Source: Amoebophrya sp. A120
Lineage: Eukaryota > Protista > Dinoflagellata
NCBI GenBank assembly: GCA_905178155.1
Contig: CAJINV010000048.1
Span: 1-24,764, forward strand
Length of the DNA: 24,764 nt
Reading direction: 5' to 3'
Shown: positions 1-10,612 of the stretch, one piece after another
Layout of the letters: each line of letters starts with the position of its first letter
Numbering within the stretch: position 1 is the stretch's first letter
Program-made: the position numbers and the translations under genes
Notes under the pieces: model-generated
The model's input: the letters and a program-made list of their open reading frames with translations, nothing else
The model's database searches: none
Told to the model about the DNA's origin: nothing

Positions 1-124
1 AAGTTTCAAACTACTTCTCATTCTTTTGATTTTTCACTAAAGTGCTGAATTAATAAGAAGTGAAACGATTCCAGTACCGCTTTTGAACAACTAGTACTAG
101 TGCCAGCGCCTCGCGACTAGGAAG

Positions 125-292
125 ATGAAGATCAACTTCAAGCCTCTCGGGAAAAAGCTGGAGACCGCCGGGAAAGACATCGGCAAGTTCGTGAGCAACA
201 ATGTTCCGAAAGGCGGGGACATCCAGCTTCCGGTGGTGAAGATTGGGGACAAGGTCGAAATCAACGTGAAGATACAAATCAAGGTGAAATAA
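125..292 (+). CDS. Small basic 55-aa ORF (MKINFKPLGKKLETAGKDIGKFVSNNVPKGGDIQLPVVKIGDKVEINVKIQIKVK), not in the ORF track
   Basis: ATG at 125 in AAG-ATG context like the starts at 869 and 21409, TAA at 290-292. About 43 of 55 codons end in G/C, against AT-richer flanks. Confidence 0.5.
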   Translation: MKINFKPLGKKLETAGKDIGKFVSNNVPKGGDIQLPVVKIGDKVEINVKIQIKVK

Positions 293-868
293 CAAGCGCT
301 AGTGCTTCACGACTCCAATTCTGATCTGATTCTTGAAGGAGAGTCAGGATGGCAACGCATGGAATTATGGCGCAGCTTCTGTAGAAGTTTTCTCCAGCCA
401 ATTTCCTTTAGAAAGAATCGTATCACACAGGCCTCTTACTTTGCCTTGCAGCGCAAGGGAGACAGAGAATGAACAACAAAACGAATTTTTGCAACTCCAA
501 CTATATCGACTTTCCACGAATTCTAAAAAACGAAGCTGAGAACCCGAGTTGTTCGCTCAGGAGCAGGCCGGTTCACAGAAAGGAATAGCGATGTGCGAAT
601 TTCGCGCATGCACAAATTCGTCGTAAGTATCGTCTAATCGAATCATGTCGTTGTCGCTTCGTTATCGTATTCTTTTCGTTCGAGGTCGTCGAGTTCATTT
701 TGATATCGGACTTCTGGTCCAGCGGAACCTTATCTTCTATCGTTGGGCAGGTCCGCTAATAAATACTCGAATGAAGGAGCGTAAGCGAGACCTTGAATAA
801 TTGTCAGATAGAAGCAGATCAGAAAAATAAACCTTCGATACAAGAAATCAAACTATCGACTCGTCAAG

Positions 869-3800
869 ATGAAGTTCCGCCCGCTCACCGCAATACGTAA
901 AATTGCGGCGAGTGCAGTTGTAGTCGGACTCTTCAACATCGACGGTACTCAAAACCCGGCTTTGGCGATTTACCTGCGTAAGGAACACCAGGAGGCTGCA
1001 ACGGTTTCATCCGGAGCAAGCGCGCCTCCCGTAGTACCGGAACTCACTGCCGAACACCAAGGAGGAGCTGCAAGTCTTTCTTCGCACGAAAAATCATCGA
1101 ACGGAAACTACAAAATCGGAAGATCTGCTAGCCCAGCGCCACGAGGACACAATCAGCCACGACAAGTTGTTGCGAGTCGCTCGTCCACGACAACTTCCAA
1201 CAACGCTCCACGACCTGCCCGTCAACATTTGGTCCTCGAACAGAACGCAATCGAGCAGGATGGAGACGTCTTCTACACAGGACAAGATGATTTTTATGCC
1301 GACGCAGTAGATCATAGTCCTACTCCTACAGCCCTGCATTTATTCGAAACTAATAAAAGCGAAGAGGACGCTGCTCTTGGTGGGGACGAAGACTTTGAAG
1401 AATCTTCCGGCTCGGCAGAAGAGGAAGCAGATCCCAGCACCAGCGGAAAAGCCATGATTTCATCTTTACAAGAACTGTATGTCGCGCAGCAATCCACCGC
1501 ATACCACCCGCTTGAACGAAGCCCGATCACCAACGCAACCCAGCTTGCGGAGGAGGTCAAGGCCGAGATGCGATTCTGTTGGGAGAACTACCGAAAGCAG
1601 GCCTGGGGCTACGACGAAGTGTTCCCAGTGACCGGAGGCGGCCAGAACCCGCTCGGGGGACTCGGGGTTACCATCGTGGACAGCTTGGACACCTTGTACT
1701 TAATGGGGCTGCACAAGGAATTTCGAGAGGGGTTGGAGTTTGTCCGGAACGAACTGAACGTGACGGCGCCGAAAGCGGATTTTACGTCTCGAAAAGCGCA
1801 CCTAGACGATCTGCGGTTGCTAAATCGTCCAGACACTTCAGGAGGACGAGAATTGAACAAACACAGGAAAAGAGAGGAAAAAAAGTTCTCCACCTTCGAG
1901 ATCACCATTCGCGCCTTGGGTGGACTGCTCTCCGCCTACAGTCTGAGCTCCGAAAAACCGCTGCTGCAGAAGGCAGAGCAGCTGGGCGACACGCTGCTCG
2001 CAAAGGCGTTTGGGGACGTGGGGAAAGCGAATTCGCGGCACGGACTGTTTCCGGTACGAATGATTCAGTTGGCGGAGAAAAAGATGGGGAGAAAGGATAA
2101 AAGCTACGGGAAGAAATCCAAGATTCAAGATTCTCGTCAGCGGAAAAAGGCAGTAAACAAGCCGCCGCCGTCGGCTCTTCAAGTGGGATTGGTCAACTAC
2201 GGTACTGACCTGGTTTCCGGGTCGAACAGCGAAGGCGAAAAAGGCTCTTCTGGCGAAGTAGATTCCGGGGATGATGAAGAAGCTGGCGCCAGTTCTGAGG
2301 ATGAAGAAGAACCCTCTGCTCCTTCTACACCGACCGCTGCCGAGCTGAATAAAGACCGCAGCGGGAATTTGGCCGAAGTGGGCAGTTTGCAGCTGGAGTT
2401 TCGTTCCTTGGCGTTCTTCACAAAAAGGCAGGACTTCACTCGCCTCCCGGACAAGGCGGTACAGGCGCTCACCGAGGTGAGCGAACACACCGGGAACGCG
2501 CTGCTGCCGGTCGGCGTGAATCTGTGGAGTAAGCGGGGCGCCGCGCTGCAATTCATCGGATCTCGCGTCTCCGTCGGGGCAGAGGCCGACAGCTACTACG
2601 AGTACCTGCTGAAGCAGTACTTGCTGGGTGACAAGAAAGACCCAAATCTCCGCGAGGCGTTTCTGAACGCCATGGTATCAAATGTAAAAATGTCTGGGTC
2701 TGGAAGGTTGGAAACCTTGTCATGCAGGTTTTCCATGACGCGTGAGGTCTGTAATATATGACCCAGCATGACAGATTCTTCTCGACCTCTATCATGCCTC
2801 GTCTGCATGAGAAAGTCCCTCTCAGCTTGGTCAAAAGAGGAGAGCTTTTGGTAATCATGCAACACAGATTTTTGCACTATCGAGAATTAGCATGACAAGT
2901 TGCATTCTTCCAGACCCAGACATTTTTACAATCCATACATGGACGCGATGTGCGACAAGCTGGTCCAGCGCTTATGCATTGCAAATATGTCTGGGTCTGG
3001 AAGATTCTAAGATTTGTCGTGCATGTTGCGCATGACCCAGGATATCTGTAATGCACGACCTAGCATCACAGATTTTTAGAGGACTTTGTGATGCCTGTGC
3101 CGCATAAGAAATGCCCTCTCCGCGTAGCACGAACTGGAGTCCTCTTGCTGGTCATGCAATTGCAATACAATTTTTTTTTGAATCCAGAGACAGCATCAGC
3201 ATTACAAGTTGCATTCTTCCAGACCCAGACATTTTTACATTTGACAGCGCACGGCGGGGGACAAACAGTTGCTCTTCATCGGCGGCCTGGACGCGGGCGT
3301 TGTTCCGGACAACAAAATGGAGCACTTGACCTGCTTCGTCCCGGGGATGTTGGTTTTGACCCTGATGCAATTGGACGACGACGACTTGCCCCTGTCGGAC
3401 AAACGGCGCAAGACATATTTGAAAGTTGCGACCGGGGTCGCCGACACCTGCTACGAGATGTACCGGATGACGAAGACGGGACTGGCACCCGAAGTGATCG
3501 CGTTTCGCGCGAAAAACGACGCGTTCACGGACGAAATCGTCATTCCGCCGAATTTGCAGTACAGCTTGTTACGCCCGGAGGCGGCCGAGTCGTTTTTCTA
3601 CCTGCATCACTTCACGAACGACCCGAAGTACCTACCAAAGTGAAAAATGCCCCCACCCCCGAACTTGGGAGCATTTGTATTGCAAACCTTTCCACATGAA
3701 ACATTCGCCCTCTTGCATCTATCAGCATCACAAATTTTCCATGCTGAATAGCGCAAATTTGTGATGCAACGGAGCGCAACAGCAGGCGGATCTCTGATGC

Positions 3801-5990
3801 AAAAGATAGCTTGCGCAACTAGATTCTGCATCAGAAATGCTTGCGCTCCTTTCATGCAAGACAAAAGCCTTTCATTTGGAAACTTTGCATGAGAAACTTT
3901 TGCAAATTTTGGGGTGGGGGCACTTTTTATTGTAATAGTACCGCCTCTGGGCGCGCGAGATTTTCTACGCCATGCGGAAGCACGCGAAAACCAAATTTGG
4001 GTACTCGGGCTACAAGGACGTGAACAAAGTGGCGGAGAAGGAAGGAGACGCGGATGCGGAAGTGCATGGAGTTGAACTACCTTTTCCCCTGGCGTGGTCG
4101 AGTACAACTAGAGACTCCGCCCGGGGAACTACACGTCGACACGCCAATTTGTTCATGAATCGCCAAGAATCCTTCTTTCTCGCGGAGACGTTGAAGTACC
4201 TGTATCTCACCTTCGCCCCCCGAAATACGCTGGATCTGAACAAATTCGTGATATCGACCGAGGCGCACCCGTTGCTACGGTTTGGAGCGGCAGGAGCTAG
4301 TACTGGGAACGAAGAAAGCAGAAGAGGACGAGGAGCTGTAGGAGGAGAGCCTTCGGCGCTCGTTGAAATCGCGACAGTCAAGGAAGCTGACGCAGGGGCA
4401 GGAGCTGCAGTAAAAAAGCGGACTTTATCTACATCATCTCCTGCAGGAAACAATACTAGCACAAGAAAATCAACTTTGTCCACGGGCACGGCCATGCTGG
4501 CGCGTACAACGACAATCGACAAGAACAAAAGTGATACAGCGCTCGACAAAACACCGCAGCGACTTGGGCAAGCGCCTGTGAAGATCATGGTTGGAATCCC
4601 AACGCGCAATCGCGTTGGCTACGTGAAATTTCTCGCCGAGGTGCTGAAACACCACCTCCTCCCAGACGACATTCCGAAGGAGAATCTCTACATCGTGGAC
4701 GACAGCAGCGAAGAGTTTTCGTTGCAAGATCTGCGGAAATGGTTCGAGCTGCCGGAAAGCCACGTGCTGAGTGCGCAGACCCTGCTCTCCGGTGTGGAGA
4801 GGGAAGATTTTCAGCAACTACAGAAGCTCGCGACGCAGGTGCAACCGTGGGGGAAAAGTGAAGAGGGGGATTTTTCTCTCTCGTTGTCTACTGCAGCAAG
4901 GACCACCTCGGGTTCTTCGTTGCTACAACTGGGAGAACATCACGAGCACCAGCACGGGAAAAGTAAAAGTACCTCTGCAGCGACTTCCTTGTCGACAAGA
5001 AGTGGCGCAACCACTGCTGAGTCGCAACATCAAAAGATGAAACAGTTTAAAGCGGACATCACGACGCATCTCTTGATCCGGCATTTCCTCGCGAAGCCTG
5101 AGTACGACGCTGTGATGATTTTGGACTCCGACATGGTGCCGGCGAAGGGAATCGGGCAAACGACGCAACAGATTTTGAGAACGTGGAATGAGTTAGCAGG
5201 ATTCAGACGGGGACAAGAAATTACAGACCAGCAGCGACAAGAGGAGAAGCAAAAGCATCCAAAAATCCAGCCCGCTGGACTGATATCAAACGGTACAGCA
5301 GGCACAAGTTCTTTGGAGGGAAGCAAGCAAACATTGCAGCGAGCTACATCGAAACAAATACAACACGAAGGCGGCGACGACCAGGAACTTTCCCTGACAT
5401 CCGCGGTCGCGAATTGGGCGAAGACGAACGTCGTTGTGCCGCTGTTGGGAAGTCAAGCGGGTGATTGGTGGGATGGTGTGTCAAGTAGCCCGGGTGCAGG
5501 AGAAATCCGCATCCTTTCCCTGTTCAACCCAACACACGAGTTGAAGTGGCATAAAGTAATCCGAAGACTTCCCCCAACCGAAGAGATACCCATCCAGCTG
5601 GAGCAGAAGGCGTCCAGCGGGAACGCCGGCCTCGTTTTAACGCGGTACGTGGCGGAGATTCTGCTGCAAAACGCGGACGACGCGCTCCACGAAATGGCGC
5701 GCGGAGACCACTTGCAAAAGATCCAGAACTACCAACTGGACTGGACCATGGTGAACTTCGCAAAGAAGCTGAAGTGGAAGTTTTTCGCCCCTGCGAACTC
5801 GCTTCTCTTCCACATTGGCATGCACGGGCAGCACGTGGGGAAGTCGTACGGAGGGAGGGAGGGCGGTGGCGTCCACACGGAAAAGTTTCCCGTCAAGGAA
5901 CAGGACTTGTTTGTCCAACAGGGGATTGAGTTTTACTACAACAAAAAAGCGCGCGCGGATGAGGTGTTTGAGGGGGAGGGGAGGGGGTGA
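869..5990 (+). CDS. Class I alpha-1,2-mannosidase (GH47) fused to a C-terminal GT-A/GT2-like domain; join(869..2674,2942..2971,3251..3628,3939..5990), about 1421 aa
   Basis: GH47 motifs AWGYDEVFP, TIVDSLDTLYLMGL, STFEITIRALGGLLSAY, LAEVGSLQLEF, GAEADSYYEYLLKQY, KMEHLTCFVPG, LLRPEAAESFFYL, DPKYRLWAREIF, QESFFLAETLKYLYL and STEAHPL become one continuous frame after removing three introns. Downstream IMVGIPTRNR, YIVDDSS, ILDSD and LLFHIG resemble GT-A motifs. Splice points are ambiguous within the direct repeats. Confidence 0.9.
2676..2937 (+). mobile_element. Introner-like non-canonical intron E1 (267 nt removed)
   Basis: CATGG duplicated at 2671-2675 and 2938-2942. TAT...ATA ends. Perfect 24-bp inverted repeat 2683-2706/2907-2930 plus 2716-2725/2890-2899. 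Removal gives FLNAM|DAMCDKL. Confidence 0.9.
2973..3246 (+). mobile_element. Introner-like non-canonical intron E2 (279 nt removed), same family as E1
   Basis: CAGCGC at 2966-2971 and 3245-3250 (5-bp register GCGCT/GCGCA). 18-bp inverted repeat 2987-3004/3215-3232. 3204-3239 is identical to E1 2895-2930. Removal gives LVQR|TAGDKQLLFIG. Confidence 0.88.
3633..3937 (+). mobile_element. Introner-like non-canonical intron E3 (310 nt removed)
   Basis: GTACC at 3628-3632 and 3938-3942. TA...TA ends. Inverted repeat TGCCCCCACCCC 3648-3659/3911-3922. Removal gives DPKY|RLWAREIF, a GH47 motif. Confidence 0.9.
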
Positions 5991-6851
5991 AGTACGGATA
6001 TAAAAATGATGAAAAAAAAGGTATATCAAGGAAGTGTTACAGAGCTCGCTATACTACCAAAGTCGAACCGCATGGAGAACTACTTTGCAAAATGAACGAA
6101 AACAAAAGCTGACAAGGCGACGACTTGACAAACCACGTGTACGTGATCAGGAATCGTCGAGTCGAAGCAAAGGAACATGCTATCGCCCGCACCGTCCGAG
6201 GGTGTGCATTCCTTGCACAGATTCCTCGTATGTAAAACTTTTGTACTTTTTCAATTTCGACTAGAGAAACTGCCATAACTTCTGCTTGTACTCAGAGACA
6301 CAGCTTATGTTGTACTAACTGCGCCTGTATGTACGAACGAATCCTGGAACTCGTGTTGGTGAAGTGCTTGAAAGTAACTCACCTACACGCCCTAGTTGAG
6401 ATGATTGATGAAATTGAAAACGAAATTGATCACGTATGCCGCGTGCAATACCAGATCTTCTTCTTACAGAAACATCTTGTTCTTTCTTTCTTCCTTTTTC
6501 TGCAGCTAAGAAAGTCTTTCAGCCACGGCCTTAAGAGGATCATCCACTGACTCGCAGAACAACAGCAAGGGGTTCCTCATTGAGGGAGAGTGTCTTGTGG
6601 TCTATTGATTCACGAAAAAAGGCGTTCTTGTCCCAAAGGAAGGATTTCGAGTTCAACTTTCGTAGCAGAATCCATCGGGGTTAGGGCGATTAATTGTTTC
6701 GATGTCTAACTACGTTTTGTAGTCAGATTCTGCACGACCACGACCTTTCCAGCTGGAAAACGACCCGCAAGTGTCTTAGTGAGCTGAGGAACTGACGTCA
6801 CTAGGTAAACTAATCGAAAAGCTCAAGAAAAGAAACAGAGTATCAAAAAAT

Positions 6852-7961
6852 ATGAATAACGCGAACGCGGCGGGTCAGAACCCCAATGACGGGAATGCGG
6901 ATCCCGTTCCCGCCGCGCCGGCTCCGGCTCCTGTCGTAGCAGCTCCGGCCCAAGGAGCTCAAGAAGTACAACCGGCCGCACCCGGCGTAGGGAATCACCC
7001 TACAATTGGTGACGTCTACGCGGAATTCGAGAGGGCGGAGTACTTGAGGCTGAAGGACAAGTCTTGGAGAAAGGTGAACATGCGATGCGTCAATGCGGCA
7101 ATTACCTGTTTCGAGAAGAAGCAGCGGGAAGTTGGTGCGACCCGCATTCAGACCGTCCCCGAGGAACTGGCACGCAAGATCTTCAGCTTTTTGCGAGGGG
7201 AGCCCGGTGCCGCTGAAGTCAAGACGCATCCCGAAAAGCTATGGGCGGGAAGTGAGTTTGCGATCACTGCAACCTACACCAACCTCGACGGGCAAGAGGT
7301 GCGGATCGCGTTTTCGGGGCTGCCACGACATCCAGTTGGCTACGTGGATCGTCTAGACGTTGGGCAAAACTCGCAAACCGAAATGTCACGCTTTTACGTC
7401 AATGCCCAGGAAAGCGCAAGTACTAACTCAAGTACCTCCAGGCTTGAAGAAGCAGCTTTGTTCGTCGCTAGTAGCCCTGTTCCTGTGCGGTGCTTGCGCT
7501 CCCTCCGGCTATCCGTCGGTCAACTTCGTCTCGAGGAGCTCGAGCCCAGCGTGGAAGAGTCTGGGCCCGCGTCCTGTGCGTTACGATTGCGATGTACCCG
7601 CGTCCCGTGGAAGAATTCTGGCCGGCCTACTCGTGACATCACCATCGGCATGTGCATAACTTGCGAATCCGCGATCGGAGGTAGTTTCGCTACACTGGCT
7701 ACAGAGGCGCTTGACAAACTCAACCGTTCCTCCAAAAACTTTTACGCGGAGTGCGAACGTAACAAACCAGGCGCTGAGGTCACTCTCACTGTATCCGCCA
7801 TCGGTCATTTTTGCACGCAGGAGCGGCGCGGAAACGAAGACCCACAAGCAACTTCACCGCCAGGCGTCGCTGGCCGATTCAAGACGATGCTAGAGTTATG
7901 TGCTGTCCACGTAACAAGAGACGGAGATTTTAATTTTAGAGGAATGCCGCAAGAAGAATAA
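6852..7961 (+). CDS. Hypothetical 369-aa protein, paralog of 8803..9876, with an F-box-like motif
   Basis: Clean ATG-to-TAA ORF. The segment WRKVNMR.VNA.I.CFEKKQRE.G...QTVPEE.ARKIFSFLRGEPG is shared with the neighbouring paralog. Confidence 0.8.
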   Translation: MNNANAAGQNPNDGNADPVPAAPAPAPVVAAPAQGAQEVQPAAPGVGNHPTIGDVYAEFERAEYLRLKDKSWRKVNMRCVNAAITCFEKKQREVGATRIQTVPEELARKIFSFLRGEPGAAEVKTHPEKLWAGSEFAITATYTNLDGQEVRIAFSGLPRHPVGYVDRLDVGQNSQTEMSRFYVNAQESASTNSSTSRLEEAALFVASSPVPVRCLRSLRLSVGQLRLEELEPSVEESGPASCALRLRCTRVPWKNSGRPTRDITIGMCITCESAIGGSFATLATEALDKLNRSSKNFYAECERNKPGAEVTLTVSAIGHFCTQERRGNEDPQATSPPGVAGRFKTMLELCAVHVTRDGDFNFRGMPQEE

Positions 7962-8802
7962 AGGAGTTTGCCTGGTCACCGACTGCTTAAGTACGTCGCG
8001 ACCAGCAAAGCGGGCGAGTAGTCTAAGTGACTTGCTCAGGGAAGTGCTTACCTTGACTAAAGGTACACTAGCATTGAAGACCAAAGTACAAAAGCATCGA
8101 AGACCAAACGTTCCGCGGTTTACGTATAGTTCGTTTATAACTAGAGCAAAGAGACGAAGGCCTAGTAGAGAAGCAAGGACAGCAATCAAAAGCGACGCTG
8201 ACGATCACTGTGACATCAGTGATGTTGATCGCCGCATCTCTAGCACGATTTGAAAACCACTTTGAGTCGGATTCGTCCAGTAATCGGAGTTCTCTCGTCT
8301 CTCTCGGAGCGGAAAAGCCAAAGCATCGATTGAGAGTCATGATCGTGACACGTGTTGTTATGAGCTCCGCCTTGTCCGTCGACACCGACAGTGATCCTTT
8401 GAGCAGGAGCGCTGGCTGGCGCAGGTGACAGGTCAGCCTTTGCAGTTGGATGAATTCCGTGCACCAGGAAAAAAGTGTCGTATTTCTGGCCTTGTGTCGT
8501 GAACCACAACAAGGAACATCCACTGCAACAACTACATCTCGTTTGCCTCTGAGAGTGAGATGGTCCTCGTGGTCAACAGCAGCTACTCACAAGAAAGTAA
8601 CACACAACAAAGTCGTCGCGATAGGTGGCGCGAATTCGACTATAGAGGTGGCTGACTAAGGTGTATTCTTTGCAGAAGGCTTCTTGTGCTAAATGCTTGC
8701 GAGTGCGAGAGCGACTGCAAGCGCAAGTTCGAATTTGAAATAGAGCACAAGAGTTTCAGTTCCTTTCATTTGACAGTGTGGTCACTTTCGAATCGACAGA
8801 AA

Positions 8803-9876
8803 ATGAACAACGCGGTACCGAACAACAATCCCGTTCCCGCTGCTGCTCCAGAGCAAGCACAGCCTGCTGCTGCACCAGCCGCGAACCCGCCCAGCACGGT
8901 CGCCGACATGTTCGCAGACATCGAGCAGCAGGAGGTCATGCGTGCGAAGGATCGAGCGTGGCGGAAGGTGAACATGCGGTCGGTGAACGCCGGCATTGCC
9001 TGCTTCGAGAAAAAGCAGCGGGAACGCGGCGAAGCGGGGGTTCAGACCGTCCCCGAGGAAATGGCGCGGAAGATCTTCAGCTTCCTGCGGGGTGAGCCCG
9101 GACTTCCGGCCGTGCCAAGCCACCCGGAGAAGATCTTCGCTGCCAGCGAGTTTGCGGTCTCGGCTTCGTACACAGACGCGAACGGGCAGCAGGTGACGGT
9201 GCAGTTCTCCGGCTTGCCAAGCGGGGTGCACATTACCAGTGCACCGACCCGAAGACTTACGACTGCGCAGTCTACTTGCATTTGCCCGACCGATCCTCGT
9301 CCTCATGTCGTGAGCAACGCGATCACCAACACGGCTACAAGTACGCTCCTCACTGCAACAACGAATATCCCAGTAATGCACCTGAAATCTCTCCGCTTGT
9401 TTGTTGGAAACAGGCCGCTGGCTGCAACCGGATATCAATTGGTTCCGACAGTAGATGGCGCTGTGCTCCTGTACGGCCACTTCGAATCCGCGCGAACACC
9501 GGACGAGCTTCGGGCAGCTCATGAATCCGCATCCATTGGCACCGCCTTTAGTCGGAGCGCGCTCGTAGGTGCACCGATTGGAGGAATCTTCCCCTACCTC
9601 AACCAAGATGCGCTGGACAAGTTCGACTCTGTTACCAGTAGTCCAGAGGAGAGTCAACGTAAGTTGGCCCGATTCCACGAAGAGTGCGAGCGCCACAAGC
9701 CAAGCGAAGGGATTACTCTATACTTGCTTGCCCTTTGCATCGACGAGAAGGTATCCTCGACAGCGCCCGGCGCAGTGCGTGAAATGCAAATGCAGAATCT
9801 CTCTCTCGCAAACCAGCGGTGCAAGAAGATATTGGAAGTGTGCGGCGTTCCGGTGACCGAGGAAGCTGCAGTGTGA
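8803..9876 (+). CDS. Hypothetical 357-aa protein, paralog of 6852..7961
   Basis: ATG at 8803 (AAAATG, MNNA...) aligns with the paralog start. Shared N-terminal block and C-terminal patches (ALDK, ECER.KP, LE.C.V.VT). Confidence 0.8.
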   Translation: MNNAVPNNNPVPAAAPEQAQPAAAPAANPPSTVADMFADIEQQEVMRAKDRAWRKVNMRSVNAGIACFEKKQRERGEAGVQTVPEEMARKIFSFLRGEPGLPAVPSHPEKIFAASEFAVSASYTDANGQQVTVQFSGLPSGVHITSAPTRRLTTAQSTCICPTDPRPHVVSNAITNTATSTLLTATTNIPVMHLKSLRLFVGNRPLAATGYQLVPTVDGAVLLYGHFESARTPDELRAAHESASIGTAFSRSALVGAPIGGIFPYLNQDALDKFDSVTSSPEESQRKLARFHEECERHKPSEGITLYLLALCIDEKVSSTAPGAVREMQMQNLSLANQRCKKILEVCGVPVTEEAAV

Positions 9877-10612
9877 CGAGTGTGAGAAATGCGTTGGGGC
9901 GACGCGGATTTCGAAATAAGTATCCTTTAAGTAAGAATTTAATGTTTCTTCGACGCAAAGATGTTTTTTGTAGAGAAATGCAAACGGAAATGTAAAATCA
10001 AAATCTATCAATAGCAGCGAGTGCGAAGCAAATCAGATGATAAACTTTCACAAAAATTGTAAGTACTACTTCTTTCTAAAGATGTGATGCGGTCTTTCTA
10101 GTTGTAGTTCTACGCGATTATATATGTAGCAACGGACAGGATTTCATGTATTTAAGTATCAGATTTTGACAATGTTGGAAAAAGTGATTGATACTGATAA
10201 AGTGGGAGGCGTCTGTTGATTTGTCATCGGACTGTGCTCATCCCCATGGCCTTGTAGTTGTTCGTGTTCCACCTCCAGTCCCGGTTCCCTTTTCTTAATA
10301 TGTCGACAACAACGTCGAGACGCGGAGAAACGGAGCGAACCAATCCAAATGGCTAGTAGAGCGAAAAAGGGCCGAATTGTTCGCAGAGGACTCTAGTATA
10401 CTCGCTTGCAGCTACAGCTACTTTAATGACACTGAGTTTCTTCACGATCACGCGTCCCAGTGCTCTACCCCGAATATTTGTTTAATTTCCCCCAGCAAAC
10501 CTAGTCACCACGTATAGTGGCACCTCGAAGTTTCTAGAAATTCGCTTGCTTTTGTTTCTTTGTTTCACAATCCAAATCCACGACCTCGACGGTCGAGATT
10601 TACACTCGCTAC

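Noticed and set aside
3088-3699. 203-aa ORF and other ORFs crossing introns, including the shared 'SNVKMSGSGR' peptides
   Set aside because: These are translations of the intron inverted repeats or off-frame exon sequence.
869-5990. Three separate genes or a fragmented GH47 pseudogene
   Set aside because: Removing repeat-bounded inserts restores one frame with intact catalytic motifs.
6280-6680. Possible decayed minus-strand gene starting MDSATKVELEILPLG
   Set aside because: Multiple stops and no recognisable homology; cannot be supported.
8686-8802. GTG-initiated N-terminal extension of the second paralog
   Set aside because: Paralog alignment supports ATG 8803.
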